From: Antedon mediterranea
Lineage: Eukaryota > Animalia > Echinodermata
Assembly: GCF_964355755.1 (NCBI RefSeq)
Contig: NC_092679.1
Span: forward strand, 12,941,432 to 13,005,431
DNA length: 64,000 nucleotides
Reading direction: 5' to 3'
A program made the position numbers and the translations under genes. Below the pieces are notes generated by a model. The model saw only the letters and a program-made list of their open reading frames with translations. It was not told the DNA's origin and made no database searches. Position 1 is the stretch's first letter, and the number at the start of each line of letters is the position of its first letter. This document shows, piece after piece, positions 12,462 through 25,200 of this stretch.

Positions 12462-15307
12462 TAATACAATACAATAATATGAATATTATGTTGCTGCCAA
12501 ACTATTACGGGACGCCACCAATATATTTATTAATTTTCGGCTTTTCTGAATCTCGCATATGACATCATTATTGTTGATACATTATTCTTTATTTACGCAA
12601 AAATTATTGTGGATCTTTATTACCTGTTTCGTTTCAAGATCAAATGTGTAAACCATAAACCTTTTTTTCAAACCATTGTATACAACACTAAACGTATGCA
12701 ATGTCATCAAATACAACCGTATCTTTGTGTATGCAAATAACACTAACTTATGTCAACAACGTTATTTTACATAGGCCTACATGTGTCTTAACTGTATGCA
12801 AACAACGTCATTTGCATAGGCTTACATGTTTTAAACTACAGTTGGATCGTAGGAGATGGGGGTTGGAGTAGGTATTAATAGTAATGGTTGTTTTATATAG
12901 GGCCTCAAGAGATGACTTGAACCGCACTCGGGGAAATATTTGGATTGTGGAGGGTATTTGAATCGCCCCCTGTTGTTATTGAAATGGACCAATGTATTCA
13001 GTGGCGGCGAAAATATTATGTAATACTGGGCTTCAAGGAATCTGCCTGATACCGTCATTTTGCACAACACTCTAAAACCACAATTGCCACGACAACAGTC
13101 CTTTAACGTCATTAGTTATGTAAAAAAACGGCTAGCACCCTCCGCTGGATTGGAGCCATGGCAGAAAAAAAATGTAAATGAAATTATTGATTTTTTGGGA
13201 TTAAAATGATTGAATTAGTCATTTATACATTATATACCTGATTTGTCAACATTTACTGTACAAATAACGGTGACTAGTTCATTTACCTGATATATTAGAC
13301 AAAAATATGTTAGAAAATCTGAGTGTTTAATCTTCTGACTAAGTAAACGATCAAAGCATGCCAATTGTATGACTAGTAATTAGATTTCCTAAGAAAATGG
13401 CAGGTTAATGATACCGAAACAATGTTGTATGAACAATCAAAAATCAATCAAAATCTTTATTTATTCACGAAATTATAAAATACAAAATATAAAACTCGTT
13501 CAACATAAAAACAAAGGTGTTCTTAACTTCCACAAGTTCGTAATAGGTAATGCCATATATAATATATACAAATAATACAGTGTATACACACTTATAGAAA
13601 AACATTAAAAAAAAAGAATTTATAAAATAATACAGCATTAGACTTCCTGTTTAAATATGTTTGCAATTTCTTTTTTGAATACGTTCAGAGATTGTGGCAT
13701 CTTGTTGATATCAATATTATGTTTAATCCAGGTTAAACCCCCTATAAAAAATACTACGTTTTTTTATACTCAGTGCGAGGTTTCAGAACATAGAGGTTTG
13801 TATCATTATGTCTAAGGTTATATTTGAAATTATTTTGTTTAACCAGATTTGATAGATATGTGGGTGCCCGCCCTGTCATAACTTTATAAATTAACATGCA
13901 ATATTTATACTCATCTTTAGTTGAGAGGGTAAGTCAATTTACTCGCTGAAGTGCATCTTCACTTGGTGTGTCCCAAGATAGGCCAAATATGATTTGGGCT
14001 GTTCTATTTTGTACAGTTTGTACTCTTTTTAGAAAGCTCGAGCCACAATTACCCCAGATTACACTACAATAAGTTAAATGTGGATTAATAATATAATTAG
14101 CAAAATGTCTTAATATTATATTATTTTGAAAAATGTGTCTACATCGTTTAAGCATACCTAAACCTTTTAGAGCCTTCGCACGAGTATATTCAATATGGTA
14201 TTTCCAGCTTAGCGTTTCATCAATGTTTACACCAAGATGTTTACTGTAGCATACTCTAGGAACATTATTTATGTAGACAGAACGTTCTCTGTTTTCAATT
14301 TTATATATAATAATTGGGGAAATCGTTTGAGCAGCTATTTTATAAATATATGGGGGTTGTCAAACCCAGTAGCTTTATTTGTTAGAAGATTGCTCAGATA
14401 GCTAAAGACCCATTCATATGACACGGGTTCAAAATTGAATACATTGTCTGTGAAGGGTTATTCCATCATAATCAATTTTACTTTTGGGTTTATCTATACT
14501 GTACCTGCTGCAAGACTGGGACCTACGTTTGAACAAAAATTGTTCATGACATTTGCGATTTCTTTATCATCCGTTGATGATTTTATATTATCATTACAAA
14601 TACATTGAAAATGTTGACTTTTCTTATTTGATGGTATGATATGTCTTATTACATTCCATGTTTTTTAAACATCGTTTTTATTTTCGTTTATTTTGTCTTT
14701 AATAAAATCAGACTTACTTTTTAAAATTAATTTGTTGCATGCATTTCGGCATTTATGGTATTTTTTCCAAAGTTTGATAATTAGAAATATTACATATTTA
14801 AAAAAAATTAATCTCGTTCTCGCATCATTTTAATAATATCTTTACCAAGCCAAGGAGCCGTTTTCTTTCTTATTCTATGTTTTTTCATAGGAGCATGTTT
14901 TCCAATTACATTTTATATAAGGTGATTTTCAAGTAGTTGAGCACTTTCATCCACATTTCCACTATTTATAATTTTATTCCAATTTATATTTTGGAGATCA
15001 GAGAAAAAATCATTTTCATTAAATCTTTTAAAATTTCGTTGTACTTGTGTTTCTGTTTATTTAGCGTGTCATGGTTTATTCGTTTTCCCAATATAGGGTA
15101 TATCTTGGAGTGGTCAATGAGACCAGCATGTGTAACGCCAGAAACCTTTGAAACGTTGGTAAAGAACATTACATCAATAAGCGTTGAACTATCTTTAGTT
15201 ATACGAGTAGGTTCATGTATGACGGGCTCAAGTTGAAAGTTTGTAGTTATTTCATTTAATCTTTTGGTGTAACAATGTGGTTCGGTGGATAGGAGGTCGC
15301 AATTTAG

Positions 15308-15941
15308 TGTAATATAGTGTTGTGTTAAGGTACTAATGAAGACTCTTACTCGCTTAACTGTCGTAACACATATTGTTTATTCAGTATAATACTTCAGTAC
15401 AATATACAACTATAAGTATAGATAAGGAACGGAGGATCAGTGATGCTGTCGGTGAGGTGTGAAGTGTGTAGGTCTGCTTCTGGAGAAGTGGCTGTAAGGT
15501 GTGTGCTCCGTGAGGTGGCTGTAAGGTGTGTGCTCCGTGAGGTGGCTGTAAGGTGTGTCTGGGCTCTTCTGAAACTTGGGGGTATATTGGCTTCGGTTCA
15601 TTTGCATATGTCACTACGTAATTTTAGAGGTTACTGATTGGTCCTAAGTTGATCCAGGGGTGTTTAAGTGGGAATGATTGATCTTATCTGGGGGAGGTTA
15701 CAATGATGAATTCGCCCTGTCGAATCTCTGCTTAAAACTGTCAATATCTAATTGTTTTACGATGAGAACAGTCACAAAGTTAAGCTAAGTGTTTTCTTTA
15801 GGGATTCTATTATAAACTAAATGGTCATTAAAACATCTGGACAAACTCTCCTCTGGACTTTCTGGGTCAAGTTTGTGAACTTATTTGAATTCCGATACAA
15901 AGGTCGATTTCTTAATTATAAAAGTATTTTGTTATATTACA
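15308..15941 (-). mobile_element. Solo LTR (634 bp, Gypsy-type) inserted in the LINE endonuclease
   Basis: Termini TGTAATATA...TATATTACA, 4-bp TSD TTAG at 15304-15307 and 15942-15945; excision restores LINE codons M-G-D-L-N-C-D-L; AATAAA on minus strand near the 15308 end; internal 27-bp tandem repeat at ~15488-15560. Confidence 0.85.
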
Positions 15942-16231
15942 TTAGATCCCCCATAAACATGAACTCTTTCTTTTGGTAATTCAATTTTACGTAAAATATT
16001 TTGTAGGTGGTCAAAAAGACAAGTAGTTGGATTTGGTGGTCGATACCATAATATTATTACAAGGGGTTTACATTTATTGCGCATAATTTCAACAGATATA
16101 AGTTCAAGTTCAGCACACATTAGGTCATTCCTTATTCTATGTGCGGTATTTTGATTTACGTAAATCGCAACACCACCTCGTGCTTTGTTTTGACGATCAC
16201 GCCTGTATATTATATAATCATCAACCTGGAA

Positions 16232-16800
16232 TTGAGGTGAGCTCGCTTCCCCTCTAGGAAGTGTAGACGTTGGTTCTCGGAATGATAATGACTCGGGTAA
16301 AAAGTTTTAGAAGGACATTCTGGACTGGAAGATTTTGATCGGTTACCATTATCTAAATGCTTTTGATATTCGTTGGCGATAATTATTTTAATTGATGTTT
16401 TATTGGAGAGAGGTGTTCCGGGCGTTTATTCAAATCAATACCATCCTAATTGGTATAATTAATACATTATTCCGTGACACAATGAGCCGTTTTGGCCTAA
16501 GAAGAAAGACGTTTTAGACGGCTTGCGACATGGGTAGAAGTATCCCAGGGTTTTGACTGGACACAGATAGCGCATAGTATACATAAAGTACTGGCAGCTT
16601 ACTCAACAACATTCGATTTCAAACAAAAGCTCTTATCATCAATTCTCTCGATGTAATTTTATATAATTATTTCCAACAATTTACTCCTATGTTTTATGAA
16701 TATATTTAATTTGATCTTACTACACTACTATACCTTCACACGCGCGGTCCGAATATAAACAAAAAAACCAAACGGCCAACTTAGTTGAAACAGGGAGTTG
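16232..16800. mobile_element. Unclassified ~570-bp insertion in the LINE endonuclease
   Basis: Separates the normally contiguous APE segments TFLNNTINV (~16810-16830) and FQVDDYNIYRRDR (~16230); boundaries approximate, no clear TIR. Confidence 0.5.
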
Positions 16801-19332
16801 TTTTTACATTGATGGTATTATTTAAAAACGTTTAAAATTAAAACAAAAACATCGACATTACTTTCATTTAAAATATGTTGCATCTCATCAAAATGCATTG
16901 TTAGACCACGAATATTTGCATGGTCTATAATAAAACCATTTTGCTTCAATGCTTTAAAAACATCATTATCAATATTATTTACGTTTATGTTTCCTATATC
17001 AATATCATTTTCGTTTCTATAAAATTTATTTCAAAGTTATTTAAAAAGGTATTCGCGATCTCACCATCAAGATGATGATTTGCATCGTTATAAGTAAATC
17101 AATTTGGATTAAAATAATATTTATCATCATAAAAATCTGAATCTAAAAAATTTACATTATTTACACAGTATCTTGCCTTATGTGCCATTTCTCCACATGA
17201 TTTACATACCAGGCCTTCATTGTAGTAACATTCATTGGCGCGGTGATTTGACAGTCCACACTTCCAGCTTCCAGCAAGTTTTATTTGTCGAGTTTTTGTT
17301 TTGATATCGTCCATTGTTTCTTGGTTGATGTGCATTCCTTACTGACATGTGCGTGTTGTTTCTGTTTTGTCGTTGTCTTTGTTGATTTCTATGTGCATTG
17401 CTGTGTTTGTTTTTCATCTGTCGCCATACCAGCTTTTTTTCCAAGTCAAGATCTATGGAAGAGATGGCATTTTTGAAACAATTTGTTAGTTTCGCCGATC
17501 AAGCCGATGATAGGTGAAGACCATCAGTCAAGATTGAGCTATCCATCGATCCGCATTTATAGGTACAAGTTGGCGATATATCAATAAAAGCACAGTCCAG
17601 TCTCTTTGATAATCCTTCTAAGCGTTTGTTTAACATCTCTACCTCCTCCATATTTGTGTTCCTTGGACATACCGCTGATATGTAAATTGATATCTTTGGT
17701 TCTCTAATCATAATGAAGGTGATGGCGTGTTCCACTTCCAATACGATTAATTCAATATCTTTTCCATTTGATATGTCATTCGTTCCTCCGTCGTGTATGA
17801 TGATATTTGAGTATTTTTTTCGTATTTTCTTTTAGTTCATCCGTTATACCATTTATAGTAGCGTCTCGTTTCACAATTACATCGGTGTGTGATGATGAAA
17901 AATTTTCAAAATCACGAAGAATGGAGTCACCAATAATCAGAGAATTACATCCATCATTTGATTCGGTTTTTACTGTATTTGGTTTTGAAATTTTAATTAC
18001 CTTAATACTCATTTCGCTCAGTTTTCTCATTAGTTTCTTGCTTTCCTCTTCTAGTATGTTTTGTCGTTTTTTCATTTTTCCTTGTTCCTTATTCATTTCG
18101 TTTATTGTTGATTGCAGTGTGTCAATACTCTCAATAAGGTTCTTTATGATGTAGGGGAGTTCCTGTTTACAGCTATCACACGTCCATTTTTATTTTTTAG
18201 CTGGCTTCTTTTCTAATTTCAGGCAAGCAATATGACAATCTCTGGAACAGAAAGCACATCCAACAACAGTACCAGTATCTCTTAAGCAGCTTTCAAGGCA
18301 TACACTATCATCCGGTGGTGGTTGATTAGTTGGTGGTTTATCCATTTGCTTTGAGTCTAGATAATATACTGCATATGAAAGAATTCAGGTTGAAATTCGG
18401 CCTACTGACATTTCTTTTCTTTGTGATGATGTCTTATATTTGGTTTGGATAGATAATGTGTTTTTTTTTCGGATTGTAGGCTAAAGGTAAACATTTTTGA
18501 CATTTTAAAAATGTTGTTATTCTGTATGTTTTCTTGCAATGATAGGACTGTTTTATTTTGAACCCTATTCTTTTGTACGTAAATATTTTATTTATTTGTA
18601 CTTTGTCCAACAGAAATAAAAAACCCTAGAAAATAATGTAATGCCAACTAACCTGAATTCAAAAGTAAGAACTAATAGTGTATCTAACGATTGTTATTTA
18701 GTGCTATATGAGGGCGGGAGTCATGAACTGACACTGCTCCTCAATCAATATCCATCATGAAAAGAGAGATTATACAACCGCTAATGTCGAAAACGCCAGC
18801 TAATGTCGAAACAACTGTTAATGTAGAACAATCCAGCACCAATGTAGTACACTTTCAGCGTATGTAGCAACACCAATATCTTATGTTGACAGTAAATACA
18901 AAATCAACACCATATTTACAAACATAATGTCTAAATTTATGCAAATTCCTCTGTCTCTAATCAGTATCAGTATCTAAAAGCGGCCATTTAGTGTGGCCGC
19001 TTTTAGATACTACTGATAGTGATTAGAATAAAAAGCATAAACATTACCAATTCAGTCACCGCTGTCTGTATCCAGTAGTAAACAACAAACACTTTTTATA
19101 TATTATTTTGTTAGTAAAGTTTCACCAATATATTTATTTGCCATAAAAATATGTAATTATAAACCGTAATGTTTTAATTCATTTTCTTTATATAAACATC
19201 TATAAATAATTATTATTATCCAAATATTGCACATTTTGAAAGTTGCAAACGTTAATTAAAAGATATTCAGTCAGTGTAAAATATTGATATTATTAATATT
19301 GATTATTGTATTTGAATATATTATACTGATCA

Positions 19333-20657
19333 TTAAATTCTATCAGAAGTAAGGTTGGATAGAAGAGAGATGAGATCACCAATCGGTGGTCGAGTTTTCA
19401 TGGCCAACTCATTTATTTGCTGCCAATGGTATGCCTGGGCTACTTCACACATAACAAAGCAGAGGGCGAAGATGTCGCTTGAAGTTACTTCAGCAGCAGG
19501 TGGTTCCACGAGTGGTGATGTTATTCCACCCATGTCAATAATCTTGCCCATCATCCATTCTTCACTTTCAAATTAAAGTAGAATGTTTTCTGCTTTTATA
19601 TCGTTATGTACTATGTTGTTCTGGTGGAGGAACTTCACACCATCTGAGACAGTCAAGAGACAATTTTTGATATGATGTTATTATCATCTTTTACTACGCC
19701 AAACATGAACGGAAATGATGGGTGAGACGAACATAGCTGCATTGTGCGGGCCTCTAGCTTGATGTTATCTGCACTGCCATTCAAGATGGTTTTGACAGCA
19801 ACCAATTAGTTGGTGGGATTGTATATCATTAGAGACACTTCCCCGAAAGCACATTGACCGATGACAACTGGTGTTTTGTTTTCGTTGACTGGTTTCAGAT
19901 CTTTCTGGTTTATCAGATTCATGGTTGGTAGGAGACTCATTAATACATCTGTCTTGTCTTTTTCTTGGTTTGAATTGGGTAGCTGAATTCTATTTTTTTG
20001 TTTTAATAAGAGTTAAATAATTTACCATTTTGTTTACAGAAATATCAGAAAATATATTTCCTGCTTATCTAAGTTATTAAAATAAACAAGAATATTTCTT
20101 ACAAAAAACGCTGCTCGCTTATTGTTATTGCTAAGGTCAAGTCTGGGGGTCACTTCATCATGCCTAGATACTTCAAGTATCCTATTACAAACAAAAACTT
20201 CAATGGACTGTTTTGATAATAATTCAATGATTATCTGACAGCGAATTATATCATGGGACTCATAAATACCAGAATGCTTTGGGATTTGTCGTTAGACTCT
20301 TTCAGCCGTTTTTGGATTCAACAGGTGGTACCAATAAATTATAGTGGAGTTTCCATTTTAACAAAAATGTCAAAGTGTAGTACTATAAAGCTGCTTGATT
20401 TCATCTAATGAATGAGTCATCTCGTGTGACGTAGCGGGCTAGAGCAGCAGCGTGAAAAAATATTTGTTAATTAGGAAACTTTATTATAACATTTGAGCCA
20501 GGCAATAGCATTCTCAGTCTAAACAAAAGGGCGGAATTCCATGGGCTTATGTGTAGCGATATAAGATAATCTTAACCTTTGAACTTCCTTAAACAATTCC
20601 ATAACCTTATGCTCTTCATTCTCTAAAATTTTCTTGAGATTTTCTAATTCTCTTTCT
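19333..20657 (-). pseudogene. Protein kinase pseudogene with upstream coiled-coil exon
   Basis: Minus strand from acceptor at 19982: IGQCAFGEV (Gly loop), VAVK, IKLEA (helix C Glu), VKFLHQNNIVHNDIKAENILL, KIIDMG, SDIFAL, KTRPP. In-frame TAA at 19806-19808 and 19573-19575, a frameshift near 19650, and missing subdomain V/activation-segment sequence. Candidate upstream exon ~20587-20657 reads CFDCNQKERELENLKKILENEEHK. Confidence 0.8.
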
Positions 20658-20879
20658 TTTTGATTGCAATCAAAACATCTAAAAAATAAAAAACAATATC
20701 TGAATGATTTGCTCTAAATTAGCTACAAAACGTATCTGAAAAATGCATTGCTAACATAATGGTATGGTATTTATGATGGTGTACATCAAGCTCTTAAAAT
20801 AGCTAGATACTATGTAAAATGTGTTTATTATTATTTTAAGATAGAATGAAAAAAAACGAAAAAGAAAAACATTTATTAA

Positions 20880-21320
20880 GTACTACAGTAGAATCTCAAA
20901 AAAGAGACATTTGGATAAGGGTTACACGATCTTACAAACGAATGTTTCCATGCTATTGAGCGATGAGAAATGACTAGTACTGTTTTCATAGATATCAGCA
21001 AAGCTTTTGATTTGGTAAATCATAACATTTTGTTACATAAACATGGCGTTAGACCGTGTTAGAAGTCAATCTGTCAATATCGGTGGTAAAACATCAAAAC
21101 CGTTACGAGAACTTGAAATTTGAATATTACACTAGAAGCTGTCAACAAATGGACCACCAGAAACAAACTACTAATAAATACTAAAAAGAATAAATTTATG
21201 CTTATCGGACCCAAAAAAAAATGTCCAATAAATTTTAATATTAATATTGATAATACTGTATTGTTAGAGAAATACGTTGTAAATGCCTAGGGGTAATAAT
21301 AAATGAGCCACATGTCGAAC
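20880..21320 (+). mobile_element. Highly decayed CR1/L2-group LINE RT fragment
   Basis: TVFIDISKAFDLVNHNILLHK at ~20980-21040, INTKKNKFMLIG at ~21175, KCLGVIINE at ~21281. Confidence 0.75.
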
Positions 21321-22129
21321 AAAAAATTTGTTTGTTCAACACGTATTTAAAGAATTTACATACAACACACAGTGTCCACACTACGTGAATAATTTCTTTA
21401 CACCAAACATGTGAAGTTGGTATACCATTTAAGAACTGTATTTAATTTATGTTCAATGTTTGTTTTTTGCATGAAATAACAGTTTAATGTTACCTGCAAT
21501 TCTGCAATAGCAATTAGGCATAATGTGTGGTAACATCTGTAACAGTTCAGCCCTGTCGTTATATGGACAGACGAATAAATTGGACGTTAGGGGAAGTTGG
21601 TGTCGTTCACACTTGTGTGCATTCAACCTCCAGCCTGTGAGTAGCAGGTTATCCCTGTCCATTTGTATTATTTACATTTTACTCTATCAACGTCCCTTTA
21701 ATAGCACACGCATGCCATGCTCATATGCACAATACAGAGACGTCGTACAATAATTATTTAAAGAGACAACCGTACAGAATTGCTTTAGTATGTCATAGTT
21801 TTCCAGATCTTGCGCTAGTACAGTACGTGGTTTTATGTAGTTCAGTTTACTGTTAAAACACCTTTAGGATTTCACCTTTTAACTGTTTGTTTTTGTAGTC
21901 GCATTTCGTTTGACGAATCACGCATTTTATTTCTGCCCATATACATTTACGAGCAAAATGATTGGTCACTGTTTCCATATGACAGCTGCATTAATATTTA
22001 TATTGCTTAGATTTTACAGTTGAATTATTTTTGCAGCGAAATATGTATTTGAATGTAGCTTAGCTTCTCACAATTATCATCTAGGCCTTAGGCCTATATC
22101 TTCGCTGGAGGTATAATATAAGACCATAT

Positions 22130-22260
22130 AATACAACATACCATCTACCCTAGACTTGCTCCAAGTCTTTTAGTATAGTTATTATCTCTTGTTATATGTT
22201 ACGACCACCAGTGGGCGCTCTTATTTCGAATTTTGTCTGAAACGAGCTCAAGTGCCAATT
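22130..22260 (+). repeat. Dispersed repeat, second copy at ~36345-36465
   Basis: Shared CTAGACTTGC(T/C)CCAAGTCT...TTATTTCGA...TTTTGTCTGAAA...CTCAAGT blocks. Confidence 0.5.
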
Positions 22261-25200
22261 TGATCTTTTTACTAATATTAAGTAAAAACTCAGTCTAGAG
22301 AATATAGATTACAGCTACTCGTCACAAATACAAACATAATTATACATAGTGTTCTATATGTATGCATGTATTGTGCTGTCATAATTATTTTTGTAACCAT
22401 TTTATGTAAAAAAGTACTGTCTTCATTAAAATTATATGAAACACATCTCTTTTCTATTTCTGCCACATAGACGTTCACGTTAGCGAAGATTATGTAATTA
22501 AATTATGAATTTTAACTTAGCTGTTAGATATCATGAATAATTATGTAACTTAGAGGGAAAATGTACTCTTTTCTGGTTAAAGTGTAATCCTAAAAGCTGC
22601 AACGCAACACAATAGCGCAAACGTAAGTACTTGACTAATCACGACGCGATGAATCATCCATCGCGTTGTGATGAGTCTTCGACGGTTGTGTCTAGTAACC
22701 ATCTAAACTAATTTCTTCATGGTTTAACCAGGTTTTACAAACTACATTAAGAGTATCTTTACATCATTGAGATAAGAATGTAATTATTGATAAGACTGAA
22801 ATCCACTATCGAAATGAAAAAGTTTCATTGGGCAATACTAATTTGGCTTTGTAATGTTCAAATGTACAGGTGCATTCGTTTTTAAATTTAAATCATTAGT
22901 GTTTTTGAATTGATGGTCTTAATCCTGTGACGTCAATTTAATAATCCGGTGCATCTAATTGATGTTCATATTCAAGACATTAATGAGCTATCATAGTATA
23001 AATATTGCAAATTATCGCATTGCCGCTTATGAATTATTTTGTGGACAACGGCACATGCTTTGGTTAGAAGTTTCACTTAATTTAATTCAGCTTCAAAATA
23101 TTCTTATATGTGAGGTGTTGACGAACTATTTTCAGATAGTTAAAAAAAGTGCATGGAAATTTGTTTTTTTTTGTACAAAAAGACTCATGACACCTTATAT
23201 AAGTTTTTATTTTTTAAATAAATCTCTACTTAATTTCATACTACGCATCATCACTATACTAATATTCATTTTGTACCGGATTAGAGATTGTTAATAAATG
23301 TTATATCACATTTGTACTTTTGACTGTGGCATAATTATTATTCGAGAGTCACCTTCAATCAAAAGTGTTATACCTTTTAAAAACACATTTCTAGTAATCT
23401 ATTGCTTGTAATCTTGTTCTTGTACTTTTTATTATATATTGTTATTGAAATATGATTTTTTGTATACTTATTATTATGTCAGGTCCATAGCAATTAATAC
23501 GGTACTCATTAAATATGATTTAATAAAGAAATGAAATTGTTAATGAGCACTAATGTCAATCACCCGGTGATGTGTGCGCTCGTGTCAATCCCAAGACATC
23601 ACCATATTATTATTATGTAACATCTATGACGTTAATTTCATTCTTTTTATTTACGAAAGAGGTGCTTATGAATAGCCTAATCAAATACATGAAAAACATT
23701 TTTTACAACATAATTGCAACGGTAATGGTTTTTCTAAAAGATGATTAAAACACCACAATTTTAATAGGGCCTAAATTAGAAAAGAAGCTGAAGATTATTA
23801 TAAAGTACATCATGTTTATATGGGCAATTGCAATTGTGCTGTCATGCGTCATGCTCATAAATAAACATTTTGTTATTTAAAAATAAACAAAGGCCTACAT
23901 GAGATGTTTTTAGAGATATCTTGAATACGACAAAATACCATCTTTTAAATAATTGTTCTTTATTGTTCTGCGTTAGGCCTACATAAAATAAAACAAATAT
24001 TGCATTGACATTTAATTTGACATTATCCTAAATGTAAATAAATTAGGCGACTGGTCTTTATTGAGTTCATAGCGGCGTCGTAATACAAATAATGTTTGAC
24101 AATTAGTGATTGCCAATGCAATTCATTATTAGTAATTAAGTAATTTTGGCCTTCAGATGAAGTGTCTAGGGATCTTGTTATTTCCTATTAATCAAGCCAA
24201 CATGGCTGTTGTTTGATCGTCACTGGTAGTTAGGCCTACAATAATTTATAATGATATCAAGAAATTCAATGGCTTCTTTGTTGTGTTATGTTATTGCTCG
24301 TGTGAATCTATGAAAACCAAGATTTTCACCATTAGATTCAGTTATTCTTTCAAGTCAATTTGCGGAGTAAAATTAGAATAAAGCAGTATTAGTTACTGGA
24401 TAGTTACTCGCGTTATTATCATTTGTATCGACTAAAACGTCATGTTTAGTATCGCTATGGCAACAGTGCTCAGGTCTGATTAACGTCCCCATACAATAAA
24501 TTCATGCTTTATAAAACGGTAAATGACTTTGTGGTGGTAAACTCAACAACACATGTTCGATGAACCAATACACAGAATATTCAGGTAGGCGCACAATTCA
24601 ATGTATTTAATGAAATAGTTTCAGTAATAATAGTAAAGAGTTGTTAATATCAATTTGAAAAAAACCAAAAGATAGTAGATAGTAGTAGGCCTGGTGCCTG
24701 TTTCTTGAAATACAAACATACAGTAAAATGGTATTACATGATTCACGATGGCATTGATAGATTGAGTTTAAGCATAGACCTCATATCTGTCCTCATATGC
24801 ATGGTATACATAAATCATAAAACATAAACATTATTTTGATAAGAATATTATGGAAAAAGATTCATTTTAGATTTATTGAAGGTTTATGCCATTTTAACAT
24901 CTGTACATTCACAAGATTCTTGAATAGAAGAAGATAGAATCTTTATTGGTTCAAAAACAAGCTCAAACAATTAAACATATATAAGGCCTATATTTTTATT
25001 GATATTAATTTTAACCAAATGAACGAAATAATTATTGATACCCAATGTGTGAGATAAGGAAAATGTGTTTAGGACTAGGCCTATATCGGTAAATTTCTAA
25101 TCGTTTTCCTTCTTAGCGGCTTACCTAATATGAAAAATGAATAGAGGCCTCGTAGAGTAGGTCAAGGCCTAAAGTGAGTTTGTAGTTTTGTTCACTTTGA

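Larger units (their letters stand above)
13430..18500 (-). mobile_element. Decayed full-length CR1/L2-group LINE (ORF1 PHD + SGNH esterase + CCHC knuckles; ORF2 APE-RT)
   Basis: ORF1 from ATG 18345: PHD (CLESC...CAFC..CHIAC...WTCDSC), coiled coil, IIGDSILR and DGLHLS, knuckles CGLSNHRANEC and CKSCGEMAHKARYC. ORF2: HANIRGL (~16920), RRDR..RGGVAIYV, WYRPP, GDLNCD, PWL, KATGFD, KHLGVNID, YCSVIWGN, QNR. 3' end AATAAA plus (GATT)-like tail at ~13430-13465. Many stops/frameshifts; RT core deleted near 14300. Confidence 0.9.

Noticed and set aside
15330-15372. Hammerhead-like CTAATGAAGAC...GTCGTAAC suggesting a Penelope element
   Set aside because: Both catalytic core motifs (CTGATGA, GAAA) are mismatched and the segment lies within a TG...CA, TSD-flanked solo LTR.
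17807-18154. Hydrophobic plus-strand ORFs (also 14937-15236, 29027-29284, 60410-60922)
   Set aside because: Antisense shadows of LINE and BEL coding sequence.
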